DNA of 64,000 nt from Nitrosopumilus sp. (GCA_965205425.1 CBDBGZ010000008.1:96001-160000); one strand, 5' to 3'; counted from the first letter of the stretch, positions 39,704 to 50,834 are shown. Numbers and translations: made by a program. Notes: generated from the sequence alone by a model not told the origin.

Positions 39704-40417
39704 TTATGCTTCTTTTTCTGCTTTGTTGACATAGATGTAATTCATTATCAACCCAGCAATAATACCACCAACAATAGGTCCTACCCAGTATAACCATTGT
39801 ACTTCCCATAGTCCTGCATCACCAGATAGTAATGTTGGAGACAAAGATCTTGCAGGATTCATTGATGCGCCAGTTAAAGGAACTCCTACCAAGTGAAGTA
39901 AGAAAACCATTCCACCAATTACTGCACCATAAACACTCTTTGGGGCTTTCTTGTGAACTGCAGTCATAAAGATTACAGTGACTAAGAAGAATGTCAAAAT
40001 TATTTCAAGTACCAGTCCAGACATCAAGCTTCCACCAAGTAATTCACTTGGACCGCCATGTGCACCCCAGAAAACAGGTTTTCCAATTTCAGGGAACAGT
40101 GCTATCAAAGTACCAGTGGCAACTATTGCACCAATTATTTGAAATATGATATATGCAATTCCATCTGCGATTCCAATCTTCTTTGTAATCATCATAGGAA
40201 TAGTTACTGCAGGATTGATGTGAGCACCGGAAACATGTCCAAATGCATAGACCATAAATGCAATTGCTGCACCGTGACCTAGGGATATCATAATAATTCC
40301 TTCAATAGTTAGTCCATCTCCAAAAACGGATGCAGAAAGAATTACTGCCAATGGTCCAAAGAAGACCAAAGCAAATGTAGCAATTGCTTCTGCGAGCCAA
40401 TTTCTAGGACTAACCAT
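39704..40417 (-). CDS. MIP-family aquaporin
   Basis: Two NPA motifs. Confidence 0.96.
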   Translation of the reverse strand: MVSPRNWLAEAIATFALVFFGPLAVILSASVFGDGLTIEGIIMISLGHGAAIAFMVYAFGHVSGAHINPAVTIPMMITKKIGIADGIAYIIFQIIGAIVATGTLIALFPEIGKPVFWGAHGGPSELLGGSLMSGLVLEIILTFFLVTVIFMTAVHKKAPKSVYGAVIGGMVFLLHLVGVPLTGASMNPARSLSPTLLSGDAGLWEVQWLYWVGPIVGGIIAGLIMNYIYVNKAEKEA

Positions 40418-40521
40418 GAGCTACAGCCCCGCCAGTTTCCATATAAAAGATTCGGACTCGGGAAGTGATCCAGATTCAAGTCAAAAAGGAATTAATTATG
40501 GATAAATCCATTTGAGAACAT

Positions 40522-40986
40522 ATGGTTTCTGAAGGAGATTCTGTTCCAAAATTTGCAGTAAATGATGCAAATGGTAACAAAGTAAAATCAAGTGATTTCA
40601 AGGGTAAAAAACATGCAATCTACTTTTACCCAAAAGATTTCACTCCAGGATGTACCACAGAGGCTGATGAATTTTCAAAGGATTACAAAAAATTCCAAAA
40701 AGAAGATATCGAGATAATTGGGGTAAGTCCAGATGATGTTGAATCCCACAAGAAATTCTGTGATAAAATGGGAATCAAATATCCATTATTAGCAGATGTC
40801 GATAAGGAAATCTCAAACGCGTTTGGAGTTTGGGGTAAGAAAAAATTCATGGGTAGAGAATACATGGGAGTAATGAGAAGTACATTTCTAGTAAATGAGA
40901 AAGGAAAAATTTTCAAAATATATCCCAAAGTCAAACCTGCAGGGCATTCTAAAGAAGTCCTACAAGATTTTCTAAATTTAAAATAA
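40522..40986 (+). CDS. bcp: BCP-type peroxiredoxin
   Basis: YFYPKDFTPGCTTE. Confidence 0.93.
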   Translation: MVSEGDSVPKFAVNDANGNKVKSSDFKGKKHAIYFYPKDFTPGCTTEADEFSKDYKKFQKEDIEIIGVSPDDVESHKKFCDKMGIKYPLLADVDKEISNAFGVWGKKKFMGREYMGVMRSTFLVNEKGKIFKIYPKVKPAGHSKEVLQDFLNLK

Positions 40987-41013
40987 AAAATAAAATAAGA
41001 GATTGTAGAAAAA

Positions 41014-41991
41014 TTAGAATCCTTTTGGTAGTGTTCCTCTAGATTCTTTTGGCTTTTCTTCTGCTGGAGAAGGAGCTTCAAATCCTTTGGGTAAAGTACC
41101 TCTACTTGCTGAAGCTCGAGCTTTTGCTTCTTTTTCAAGTAATTCATCAAATGCTTTTTCTTCATCTATTCTTTGTTGATCTAGTCTTTGCAAGTAATCA
41201 GCTTCATAATCTGCCAATTTTTCTCCTCTAGATTTTCCATCATCAGCAACATATGTTGATTGTTGTGGTGGCGGAGCTTGCTGTGTTTGCTCCATACCTT
41301 TTGGAAGTTTACCTTTTGCAGGTTTTGGTGGTTCTGGTGGTTCTGGTGGAGGCGTTTGTGTTTGAGTTTGTGCCTTAACACCTTCAACTGACATGTTAAT
41401 TCCACTAAAACTTCCAAATGTTTTATCAGGTGGATGGTATGCAAGTCTTGCTCTTGTTGCAAAGTATTGGTTTGATGCTGCAGTGTAACCAGTTACTGTT
41501 GCTTTTTGATCATTCCAATTTTTGGTTGGAACTTTACCTACAGGAGCAGTTAGTCTAACAAAGTATCTGTTAGGAGCTGGAGAATAACCTGTGACTTTGG
41601 CTCTATAATCATGGAATGATGTCATAGGAGCAGTCATGTATGCATTCTCTAATGCGTCTTGAACAGTTGCAGGAGGTTGTGTTGTTGTTTCAGCTGGTTT
41701 TGGTGCCTCTACAGGTTTTTCTTCCATTCCTTTAGGTAGTGTACCTTTTGGTTTGGTAGTTGCGGCAGGTCTCTCAGCAGGTTTTGCTGGAGCTGGTTTT
41801 GTATCCGTTCCTTTAGGTAGTGTACCTTTTAGTTTGGTCTCAGCTGGTTTGACCTCAGCAGGTTTAGTTTCTGCGGGTTTTGGTGCTGGTTTGGCTTCAA
41901 GCTGTGATGATAATTTTGTTAATTTTGCCTCTAGTTCTGCGATTTTAGACTCTAGATCTTTTTTTGTACTTGCTTTGCTTTTTGCGGCCAT
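41014..41991 (-). CDS. Pro/Lys-rich low-complexity protein with GTLPKG repeats (paralog A)
   Basis: Repeated GTLPKG and KPAE; N-terminal coiled coil. Confidence 0.85.
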   Translation of the reverse strand: MAAKSKASTKKDLESKIAELEAKLTKLSSQLEAKPAPKPAETKPAEVKPAETKLKGTLPKGTDTKPAPAKPAERPAATTKPKGTLPKGMEEKPVEAPKPAETTTQPPATVQDALENAYMTAPMTSFHDYRAKVTGYSPAPNRYFVRLTAPVGKVPTKNWNDQKATVTGYTAASNQYFATRARLAYHPPDKTFGSFSGINMSVEGVKAQTQTQTPPPEPPEPPKPAKGKLPKGMEQTQQAPPPQQSTYVADDGKSRGEKLADYEADYLQRLDQQRIDEEKAFDELLEKEAKARASASRGTLPKGFEAPSPAEEKPKESRGTLPKGF

Positions 41992-42102
41992 TCCTTACAG
42001 TAAATATTACATTGTTTATTTACATTTTGATCATCTAAAATTTTTATTCAAAATTATTAGTAAAAACAAACAAAAGTTTGTAAAAATTTCATTAGTTTGT
42101 GA

Positions 42103-42294
42103 TTAATCAGGTTCCCAAAATTGCATAACATACATGCAATTATTACATCGCCATAATCTAACATGAATTCCATTGTTAGTATCTGCAGCATAACTCCCAT
42201 CATCCATTTTCATTACTGTTGGAAGATAACTTAATTCAGTATTTTCAAGCCATTCATTTTGTTGACAGTTAGGGCATTTACTTTTTGGAGCCAT
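42103..42294 (-). CDS. Small Zn-ribbon protein
   Basis: CPNC...CNNC. Confidence 0.75.
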   Translation of the reverse strand: MAPKSKCPNCQQNEWLENTELSYLPTVMKMDDGSYAADTNNGIHVRLWRCNNCMYVMQFWEPD

Positions 42295-42362
42295 GTATAG
42301 TATAATGTATGATCAAAGAAGAACATTACTATTAAAAATAGAAAATAGAAGATGTTTTTGAA

Positions 42363-43058
42363 TTAGAAACCTTTTGGTAGTGTGCCTCTTTTAGGCTTTG
42401 GTGGTTCTGGAGTTGGTGTTTGTTGTGCTGGTGCATCAACGCCTTCAACTGACATGTTAATTCCACTAAAACTTCCAAATGTTTTATCAACAGGATGATA
42501 GGCCATTCTTGCTCTTGTTGCAAAGTATTGGTTTGATGCTGCAGTGTAACCAGTTACTGTTGCTTTTTGATCATTCCAATTTTTGGTTGGAACTTTACCT
42601 ACAGGAGCAGTTAGTCTAACAAAGTATCTGTTAGGAGCTGGAGAATAACCTGTGACTTTGGCTCTATAATCATGGAATGATGTCATAGGAGCAGTCATGT
42701 ATGCATTCTCTAATGCGTCTTGAACAGTTGTTGGAGCTGGAAGGTCGGTTTTTGTTTCAGCTGGTTTTGGAACCTCTGCAGGTTTTTCTTCAAATCCTTT
42801 AGGTAGTGTACCTTTTGGTTTGGTAGTTGCTGCAGGTCTCTCAGCAGGTTTTGCTGGAGCTGGTTTTGTATCCGTTCCTTTAGGTAGTGTACCTTTTAGT
42901 TTGGTCTCAGCTGGTTTGACCTCAGCAGGTTTAGTTTCTGCTGGCTTTACTTCAGCTGGTTTTGATTCTAGCTGAGTAGAAAGTTTGTTTAGCTTTGCTT
43001 CTAATTCTGCAATCTTGTTTTCAAGATCTGCTTTTGTTTGCTTTTTAGCAGCTGCCAT
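42363..43058 (-). CDS. Pro/Lys-rich protein with GTLPKG repeats (paralog B)
   Basis: Shares near-identical nucleotide blocks with 41014..41991. Confidence 0.85.
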   Translation of the reverse strand: MAAAKKQTKADLENKIAELEAKLNKLSTQLESKPAEVKPAETKPAEVKPAETKLKGTLPKGTDTKPAPAKPAERPAATTKPKGTLPKGFEEKPAEVPKPAETKTDLPAPTTVQDALENAYMTAPMTSFHDYRAKVTGYSPAPNRYFVRLTAPVGKVPTKNWNDQKATVTGYTAASNQYFATRARMAYHPVDKTFGSFSGINMSVEGVDAPAQQTPTPEPPKPKRGTLPKGF

Positions 43059-43154
43059 ATTTTGGATGGTCAATTCGGGGTTTATGTACATTTGGGTTGA
43101 TTACGCCAACTAATTTTGATCAAGTTTTATATGCTAAATTACATAATTAATGGC

Positions 43155-43529
43155 ATGGATGACTTTGAAAAAGAATATCCGGAATTTGATTGGAAGAATA
43201 CTCCAGCCTACAAACATCCGGGAGGAAAAGATTGCCCATGTCCTAAACACGAATACATTCGAGAACAGATCAATTTTACCAAACAAGTAAATGAAAAAGG
43301 CAAAGAGTCATCCAAGGTCACCCTAAAGTTTTGTCCAGATCATTACAGAGTGTACATGGATGAAGTAATTCCCGCAATGCCTCTAAAATACAAAATTCTA
43401 ACAAAAATTGCACTAAAACTTGGAGCAATTCAAGTTGAACAACTAAAGTATATGGAATCAGAATTGTGTTTTTACTGTAAATTCGGTTCTGGCGGACATG
43501 ATAAAAAAACAGAACTACCACCAATGTAA
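43155..43529 (+). CDS. Cys/His-containing hypothetical protein
   Basis: CPCPKH, CPDH, CFYC. Confidence 0.75.
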   Translation: MDDFEKEYPEFDWKNTPAYKHPGGKDCPCPKHEYIREQINFTKQVNEKGKESSKVTLKFCPDHYRVYMDEVIPAMPLKYKILTKIALKLGAIQVEQLKYMESELCFYCKFGSGGHDKKTELPPM

Positions 43530-43570
43530 AATCGAGTTAAGCTTATACTTGATCTGGCTAGAGAATCAAT

Positions 43571-45013
43571 GTGGGAATAGAAGATATCAGAGATTTCATT
43601 ACAGAGCTTGAAAAACAAGGAGAACTAAAGAGAATCAAAACTGAAGTTGATTCAGATTTAGAAATTGCTGAAATTATGAGGAGGGAAATGTACTCAAATG
43701 GTCCGGCAATATTGTTTGAAAATGTAAAGGGCTACGATATGCCAGTTTTAGGAAATGCATTTGGATCTATGAAAAGATTAGAGATAGGATTAGAAATGAC
43801 TGACTTTACTGAAATTGGTCAACGTATTGCAGATATGACAAAGATGGATGTACCATCAGGATTACTAAATAAAATTAAAAAACTTCCAGAACTTTCAAAG
43901 ATGACGGCTTCATTTCCTAAAGCAGAAACAAGTGGTCCAGTTACAGAAATTACTTCAAGTGATGCATCATTTGACGATTTACCAATTCTAAAATCATGGC
44001 CTGATGATGCAGGGCGATTCATTACATTGGGATTAGTTGCAACAAAACATCCAGAAACCGGAATTAGAAATCTAGGAGTATATAGAATGCAAATAGTAGA
44101 TAAAACTCACGCATTGATGCATTGGCAAAAACACAAGAGAGGAGCTCATCATAGTGATACTTCAAAAGATAAAGGAGAAAAAATTCCAACTGCCATAATT
44201 ATAGGTGGAGAGCCAGCAACAATATTTTCTTCAATTGCACCAGTTCCAGAAGGTTTAGACAAGTACTTGTTTGCAGGAATTACAAGAAAAGAAGGAATCA
44301 AAACTGTAAAATGTAAAACTATTGATTTGGACGTTCCAGCAAATGCAGAAATTGTTTTGGAAGGATATGTAGACCCGGCAGACATTAGAGATGAAGGACC
44401 ATTTGGGGATCATACAGGATACTATACTCCAGTGGAACCATATCCAACATTTACCCTAACAGGAATTATGAGAAGGAAAGATCCAATTTACGTAACAACA
44501 GTTGTCGGAAAACCAATTCTCGAGGATGCATATATTGGCAAAGTAATAGAGCGTTCATTTTTACCATTAATTCAGATGTTCCATCCAGAAGTCATCGACT
44601 TTAGTATGCCAGCAGCAGGATGGTTCCAAGGATTTGCAATCATATCAATTAAAAAAAGATATCCAGGTCAAGCAAAAAAAGTCATGATGGGATTATGGGG
44701 AATGGGACAGTTATCCCTAACCAAAATGTTTGTGGCAGTAGATGAGGATATCAATGTGCATGACATCAATGATGTGATATGGGCAATCACCACAAGAGCA
44801 GATGCAGCAAGAGATACGGTAATTATCGATAATGCTCCAACAGATACTCTTGATCCAGCATCACCACTGGTTAACTTGGGATCTAAAATGGGAATTGATG
44901 CAACACAAAAGACAAGAGAAGAAGGGTATCTAAGAGAGATCCAACAGCAAGTCAAGGTAGATGAGAATACAAAGAATCTAGTTGATTCCAAATGGTCCAG
45001 TTATGGATTATGA
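43571..45013 (+). CDS. ubiD: UbiD-family decarboxylase (menaquinone pathway context)
   Basis: NLGVYR, EGPFGDHTGYY, KMGIDAT. Confidence 0.93.
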   Translation: MGIEDIRDFITELEKQGELKRIKTEVDSDLEIAEIMRREMYSNGPAILFENVKGYDMPVLGNAFGSMKRLEIGLEMTDFTEIGQRIADMTKMDVPSGLLNKIKKLPELSKMTASFPKAETSGPVTEITSSDASFDDLPILKSWPDDAGRFITLGLVATKHPETGIRNLGVYRMQIVDKTHALMHWQKHKRGAHHSDTSKDKGEKIPTAIIIGGEPATIFSSIAPVPEGLDKYLFAGITRKEGIKTVKCKTIDLDVPANAEIVLEGYVDPADIRDEGPFGDHTGYYTPVEPYPTFTLTGIMRRKDPIYVTTVVGKPILEDAYIGKVIERSFLPLIQMFHPEVIDFSMPAAGWFQGFAIISIKKRYPGQAKKVMMGLWGMGQLSLTKMFVAVDEDINVHDINDVIWAITTRADAARDTVIIDNAPTDTLDPASPLVNLGSKMGIDATQKTREEGYLREIQQQVKVDENTKNLVDSKWSSYGL

Positions 45014-46126
45014 TACAGAAATAGGATTGTAAAAATTATCTCGCTCTTCTACCTGATATCCAATTTGATGAATAGCATCTATGATTATTTTATCAGTAAG
45101 TTCAGTAGAACGTGCTCCAGTACAAGATACAACTTCTTCTCCAATTAGTGTACCTCCAAAATCATCTGCACCATATTGTAATGCTAGTTGAGCCATACCA
45201 ACACCATTAGTTAGCCAAGATGATTGAATGTGGGGAATCAATCCATCAAGTACGAGTCTAGAAATGGCAATCATTTTCAATAGTTGTATTCCGCCAGTTC
45301 CATATTCGACAAGTCCTTCTTCGTGCATCAAAGTATTATTTGGTTCAAAATTCCACGGAATAAATGCCATAAAGCCTTTAGTTTTTTCTTGGAGTTTTAC
45401 AATTTTAGAAAAATGTTCAACAATATCATTATTGTTTTCGACACTACCATACATCATTGTTGCAGAACCGGGAATACCTAGAGAATGGGCTTCATCCATA
45501 ATTCTAATCCAATCAGCACTAGAAATTTTCTTTGGACTGATAATTTCTTTAACTGAATCAGTTAGAATTTCAGCACCAGCTCCTGGGATAGATTGTAATC
45601 CTGCATCTTTTAATCGAGATAGTATTTCTTTAGTAGAAGATTTTTCAACTCTTGCAATCATGTCAATTTCTGATGTAGATAATCCATGAACTCCAACTGT
45701 TGGGTACTTTTCTCTTATCATTCTAAATGCATCCTCATAATATTCAATTTTCAAATTTGGGTTATGACCACCCTGAATCAAAACTTGACGAATTTTAAAC
45801 ATCTCACAAGATGTTTTTACTCTAGCTTCAATTTCATCAAGAGTTAATGTGTAAGCATCATCAGCCCCAGAAGATCTATAAAATGCACAAAACTTGCAAT
45901 CAGTAATACAGACATTGGTATAGTTCAAAATAATGTTATTTACAAACGAGGCTTTTTTGCCAAATTGTTTTCTTGTAAGATGACCAGCAGTAAGACCCAT
46001 CAAATGAACATCATCAGATTCCAATAATCTTAAGAGATCTTCAGGACCAGGTCTTTTTCCATTAAGGGAATTTTCCAAAATATCTTTGATATCGCTTTTT
46101 TGTATCTGTTCAGTAGTCTGGCTCAA
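45008..46126 (-). CDS. mqnC: Cyclic dehypoxanthine futalosine synthase (radical SAM)
   Basis: NYTNVCITDCKFCAFYR, GAGAEIL, HIQSSW. Confidence 0.88.
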   Translation of the reverse strand: MSQTTEQIQKSDIKDILENSLNGKRPGPEDLLRLLESDDVHLMGLTAGHLTRKQFGKKASFVNNIILNYTNVCITDCKFCAFYRSSGADDAYTLTLDEIEARVKTSCEMFKIRQVLIQGGHNPNLKIEYYEDAFRMIREKYPTVGVHGLSTSEIDMIARVEKSSTKEILSRLKDAGLQSIPGAGAEILTDSVKEIISPKKISSADWIRIMDEAHSLGIPGSATMMYGSVENNNDIVEHFSKIVKLQEKTKGFMAFIPWNFEPNNTLMHEEGLVEYGTGGIQLLKMIAISRLVLDGLIPHIQSSWLTNGVGMAQLALQYGADDFGGTLIGEEVVSCTGARSTELTDKIIIDAIHQIGYQVEERDNFYNPISVS

Positions 46127-46240
46127 GTGATCTTCATCCCTTAGAATTTCTATTTAATTCTTGGTAGAAATAATGAACAAAAAAAGAAATAAACAAAATG
46201 AGTGATTTGTGCGCAATTTTTGAGAAAGAAGAGTTCAAAG

Positions 46241-46262
46241 ATTCACATTAATTTTAAGTAGG
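46241..46262 (+). repeat. attL core of element 2
   Basis: Identical to 62569-62590. Confidence 0.9.
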
Positions 46263-46357
46263 TTTCATTGGGATGTACACTATCTAAAATAATTCATGAA
46301 TAACTACATTGTTACAAATTCATGATTCATAAATCGTATTTTTAGGTACAATTCCAT

Positions 46358-46573
46358 ATGGTCTGCAAAGGAACCTGTGAATCCCACAAGGCAAAAAGAG
46401 TTCATGGAATTAATCGCTATACAATGGGACAAAAGCACTGTTCAATCTGTGAGATTTTCATGTATTGGGATGGCAAGCATTGCCCCTGCTGTAACTATAT
46501 GTTGAGAACAAAACCTAGAAACACCAAAAATAGAAGACAGATACAAGAGATTCTCACTATACAGAGAATCTAA
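46358..46573 (+). CDS. Small Cys-rich Zn-binding protein
   Basis: CKGTC, CSIC, CPCC...LRTKPR. Confidence 0.8.
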   Translation: MVCKGTCESHKAKRVHGINRYTMGQKHCSICEIFMYWDGKHCPCCNYMLRTKPRNTKNRRQIQEILTIQRI

Positions 46574-46616
46574 ATATTTTTGACGTTTAAATGAGATTCA
46601 ACTACAATATAGAACA

Positions 46617-48031
46617 ATGAGTGAAATACAAAAAATCTACAAAGTCAAAATAGACGATATCCCTGCAGAGCTAGAGCTTACTGGAAATTCCATGTTATGT
46701 ACAACTGGAGATATAGTTAAGGCATTAAATATTTGAATAATTTCACAACTCGAACGTCTCCATTATCTAATCTCTTCTGCATGTGTTTTCTCATCTCAGT
46801 TCCATTTACAAAGAATGTATTGGCATTACCATTTTTCTCTTCTCTCCACTGTACCTCAATTGGATTGAGTTCTGGGGTGTATGCAGGAAAATATCTTATG
46901 ATTACATTTCTTTTTGATACCTTGAGAAATTCTTTTACTCTAACACTTTTGTGGTATGATGCATTGTCTGCAAATAATAACAGTTTCTTGCCAAATTGTT
47001 TCTGCAAGGATTTTAAGAAATCAAGAAATGAGTCTGTGTTTGATTTATCATAGAACCTACAAAAAAATACGCCGTCATCCCCCAATGCACCAAATGATTG
47101 AAATTTTTCTCGAGTGTAATTAATTGGTGTGGTAATGTTATTGCCTGCAAGATACCATCCGCGCTTTATGTTAGGTGCTATCTTGTTTGTTGACTCATCC
47201 AGACATAGTGTGATATGTCCCAATTTGGAATATTTTTTGATACTCCTTTTTGCGTTTTTTTAAAACGGGTTTGTTCCTCTTTTGAGGCTGATTTATGATG
47301 TGTGGGACGTGGTTTTTTTGATGAAAATCCAATCCTGTGCAGCAATTCACGCATTCCTCTTGCAGAGTATAGGATATTGTATTTTTTATTCACATGTGTA
47401 ATTACCATTCTTGTACTCCACATGAATTGATTAAATCCAAACTTTTCTGGACCTGAAATCAGATCATTTCTTAATGATACTAGCTGTTTTTCATTTAAAA
47501 AACATCTAGAACCAGAATATTTCTTGCGGCGTGATGCAGATATTCCCTCTTCATCCATTCGATTTAGCCAGTAGGACAGAGTTGATGGTATGACATCCAG
47601 ACTTGCACATATCACAGAATACGGAATATTTTGTTTTCTTAGTATTGCAGCCTTTAATCTTATCTTTGCTTTTGCATTTTTTTCATTCTTGCATACTTTT
47701 CTTAAAAAATTAATGCTTGTACCTTTCATGAATTGATTTCCAGAGGAAACCTTGGATTGTCTTGTACTCTTTGACATGGTTTCATGAATTGATTCTACGA
47801 TCTAGATCTTTTGAGTTAAAATACTTGACAGTTTATTCAAAATTTATATGCCTAAACTATACAGTTCATTTTGAGGCACAGTTGAACGGTAAAGGATTAA
47901 GAGCATATCAATTCCAAAAACCAAATAAAATTGCATTAAATATTAATGTAGATTCAAAGTTGAGATTTGTCAGACTGACATCAAAATATGCAGTAGACAT
48001 TAATGAAACAATTACAAGTCTAAACTTCTGA
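46617..48031 (+). pseudogene. Hypothetical gene (about 88 aa) split by IS630
   Basis: Removing the IS and one TA restores ...MLCTTGDTVHFEAQL... in frame. Confidence 0.75.
46714..47859 (-). mobile_element. IS630-family IS; two ORFs joined by a -1 frameshift
   Basis: TA duplication; imperfect TIRs starting TAGTT; LDES, ADNASYH, PELNPIE; TTTTAAAAAAAC slippery site near 47255-47265. Confidence 0.92.
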
Positions 48032-48034
48032 CAT

Positions 48035-48062
48035 ACTCCACTCGCTAAAGCTTCGTGGGTTC
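48035..48062. repeat. IS200/IS605-like terminal hairpin remnant
   Basis: ACTCCACTCGCTAAAGCTTCGTGGGTTC resembles CCCAC..CTAAAG..GTGGG ends. Confidence 0.45.
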
Positions 48063-48169
48063 TACGGTTACCATCATTTTTGACATTGCCTTAATACAAT
48101 CTGCATCTATAGTCTCTATCTTTTTTTCTTTCTATATTGAATTTTCTTTGTAGAGTGAGGCATTTTGAA

Positions 48170-48249
48170 TTATGGTTTTCGCACAGAGTTTTTTTCAATA
48201 ATTGCTATTTCATCATTAGTTAGATCATATTTAGCATATAGAATCTCAT
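48170..48249 (-). pseudogene. C-terminal remnant resembling type IIG/Eco57I-like R-M proteins
   Basis: EILYAKYDLTNDEIAIIEK...stop; cut by MITE-A. Confidence 0.5.
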
Positions 48250-48408
48250 GGTTCTGGTAGTTTTTGGTGATCTGTCTATTAGGTTTTTCTTCCAACATAG
48301 ATTTTCCCAGATATACGATTATTTTACGTGTGAATTGATTGAGAATGCCATGTTACAAACCCTGATGTTAAAATTTGGTGATCTTGATCACTGTTTTTTA
48401 CCAGAACC
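48250..48408 (+). mobile_element. MITE-A copy 1 (159 bp, IS6-like ends)
   Basis: TIR GGTTCTGGTA / TACCAGAACC; four apparently identical copies. Confidence 0.9.
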
Positions 48409-48507
48409 ATTCGGTTTATCAGGTATTCTGTCACTTATGCTACCTTGAAATCCGATTTACTCATATCTGATATGTCTCTCCTTCGTCTATCAAAACTCGA
48501 TTATCTG

Positions 48508-48746
48508 GGCCTTGTAGAAACCATCTGATTTTAACCCAATTGTGATACATTTTAGCTAATTTAGATCCATTAGGATTGTATTTGTAGATTACAGTATGGT
48601 CTCATCATACGTCAAAATGTGCAAAACACTACTCAATATAATCCCAGATGCAGAATTCCCAGGTTCTTACATCCAAAATCAAATCATATCTATTCTGTTT
48701 GGACACATCTCATACTCTTGGCAATACGACAGTACGAATCAAAGAG
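48508..48746 (+). mobile_element. Truncated IS5-family copy (left end)
   Basis: Inverted near-identical copy of about 26697-26936; cut by MITE-B. Confidence 0.88.
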
Positions 48747-48888
48747 TAGACCTCTTGCGTAATTATAGAGATTTTTTCTCAAATTTTGTATTTTAACAGA
48801 ATTCATACCTGAAAATTCAAATTTCTCAACCAATTTGAAAAATCCTGCAACAAAATTCACGCCTAGAAATAATTACGCAAGACGTCTA
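48747..48888. mobile_element. MITE-B copy 2
   Basis: Reverse complement of 24448-24589; one mismatch seen. Confidence 0.88.
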
Positions 48889-49101
48889 TACTTTAGCTTA
48901 TTCATGTTCTAATCGTGTCACAAAGGAATTTCAATATAAAGATAATTGTAAAAAGACTCACATTTCATGATTTGTTGTACAGATCACTAGAATTTGCCAC
49001 ATCATCCCAATGAACAAAACATGATAAGATCCTTAGCTTTTTTGATTTGAATAATTTGAGAATTGACTCAAAAATTAGAATTGGTTATGCCCATGTCTCA
49101 A

Positions 49102-49920
49102 TTACCTGATAGTTGGAAGGAATGTCAAAATTGACTCAATTTCAGTAAATACAGCTCTAGGTTCAGGCAAATCATCCATAACCAGTCTGCCTAATTCATT
49201 TTCCCAATGTTCTTCTAAACCAGTTAGTCGTTGAGAATCAAAGATTGTATCAGGAACATAATCAATATTATTTTTAGTACATTTTTCTACAACCATTTTG
49301 CCAATTTTTTCTTGATCAAAATTATTTTCTTGCCCAAACATCCTCCAAATATCATAATAATCTCTAACTTTACTACGTTGCATTAAACTACGAATTTTTT
49401 CTGCAATCACTTCATCAAGAGAATATCCAACAATAGAGAAATTTTGAAGATCACTATACGAAGTAGTAACAGTTTGCTCGGTAACGGAATCCATCATTTG
49501 TTCTACACGTGAAGCATCAATTTTGATTTTATTTTTCTGTCCTATAGGACCTGTAAAATGAACATGGCCAAAAATTGCTAATCCACTTTGTGGAACGTTG
49601 ATATCACCTTCATATTTTATTCCAGATTCATTTTCTATAATGTCATAAACATCTTTGAACCCATTTACAATTACGGTAGGCTCAGTCTCAGGGATTATTG
49701 TAAAATCAAGATCTTCAGAAAACCTCCATGTTTCAGGAAAGAAGATTTTTCGAATTGCTGTTCCCCCTTTGAAAACTAGAACATTTTTGAGTGGAGATTC
49801 CTTATGATATATTCCAAACAAAAGCCATTCTAAAGCATAGTCTTTATCAATTACTCCTGCAGGTTTTCCAAATTGTTTTGCATATACACGAATTTGATCA
49901 TTTGTTAGAATTTTAATCAC
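49102..49920 (-). CDS. abiEii: AbiEii nucleotidyltransferase toxin (type IV TA)
   Basis: KDY, FKGGT, RFSEDLDF, EK...R...RDYYD. Confidence 0.93.
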   Translation of the reverse strand: MIKILTNDQIRVYAKQFGKPAGVIDKDYALEWLLFGIYHKESPLKNVLVFKGGTAIRKIFFPETWRFSEDLDFTIIPETEPTVIVNGFKDVYDIIENESGIKYEGDINVPQSGLAIFGHVHFTGPIGQKNKIKIDASRVEQMMDSVTEQTVTTSYSDLQNFSIVGYSLDEVIAEKIRSLMQRSKVRDYYDIWRMFGQENNFDQEKIGKMVVEKCTKNNIDYVPDTIFDSQRLTGLEEHWENELGRLVMDDLPEPRAVFTEIESILTFLPTIR

Positions 49921-50766
49921 CTATGATATTGTCTTTGCCTCTAAAATAGATTTTATTGGAATATTTACAAATAATTTCCATTTTAAATTTGATTTTTTAT
50001 TTTTTGTTGAATATGGATCTAACCATGAACGTCCAGAATTTATTGAATTACACATATCATCATAAAGTGAAGGTGAGATTTTTATGTTAAGAACATCTAT
50101 TAAAAATCCAAGTCTTTTGATTACAGTACTATTTTGCATTTTTTGAGAATATTCAAATATTTTTTCAAAAGATAATTCATTTTTTGCAGCCCATAAACAA
50201 TTTGCAACTTCAGCAATACCACCACAATATTCAGGATGATCTAATGCATCTACAATTGTTTTGTTTTTATCAGAAATTATAATTTTTTTATTTCCAATAA
50301 AATTATTCCTGATACCAAAAAATTTTTTTTTATTTATTGTAACAAATTTGTATTTTACATCATGAAGGACAGAATTTTTGATTCTTGCAGTTGTTGCGAC
50401 AAATACTGTAAATGGAGTTTGATCAGTAAATCCATAATGATTTAATGCAGACCAATATGCAATGTAAAAAGGTCTGCTTTTAGCAAGTTCTGATGCTATA
50501 ATAAATTCATGTTCAGTATATTCAGAATCCACACCAGCACTTAATGGCGCAATAAGATATTTTCCTGCAGTCAATGTGATAAGCCATTTTTTCTTACGTA
50601 ATCTGTTTGCAATTACCCTGGCATTTGAATAGGTAGCTCCCCATATCCTAGAGATATCCTGTAAAGTTATAGTGGATTTTCCTTCGCCAGCAAGAGAGCT
50701 AAGAAGATATGCTTCTCTTCCAGATATACCTGTACGTATATTTTGTGTATATTCAGTGTCATACAT
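49921..50766 (-). CDS. abiEi: AbiEi-family antitoxin / regulator
   Basis: wHTH, YIAYWSALNHYG, KTIVD, KRLGF; directly upstream of AbiEii. Confidence 0.9.
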   Translation of the reverse strand: MYDTEYTQNIRTGISGREAYLLSSLAGEGKSTITLQDISRIWGATYSNARVIANRLRKKKWLITLTAGKYLIAPLSAGVDSEYTEHEFIIASELAKSRPFYIAYWSALNHYGFTDQTPFTVFVATTARIKNSVLHDVKYKFVTINKKKFFGIRNNFIGNKKIIISDKNKTIVDALDHPEYCGGIAEVANCLWAAKNELSFEKIFEYSQKMQNSTVIKRLGFLIDVLNIKISPSLYDDMCNSINSGRSWLDPYSTKNKKSNLKWKLFVNIPIKSILEAKTIS

Positions 50767-50834
50767 ATGTTATAAATTGTACAAAGAATATACGTAAAAA
50801 CATTACGATCACACTGGTGCTCAAAAATGTTTAT

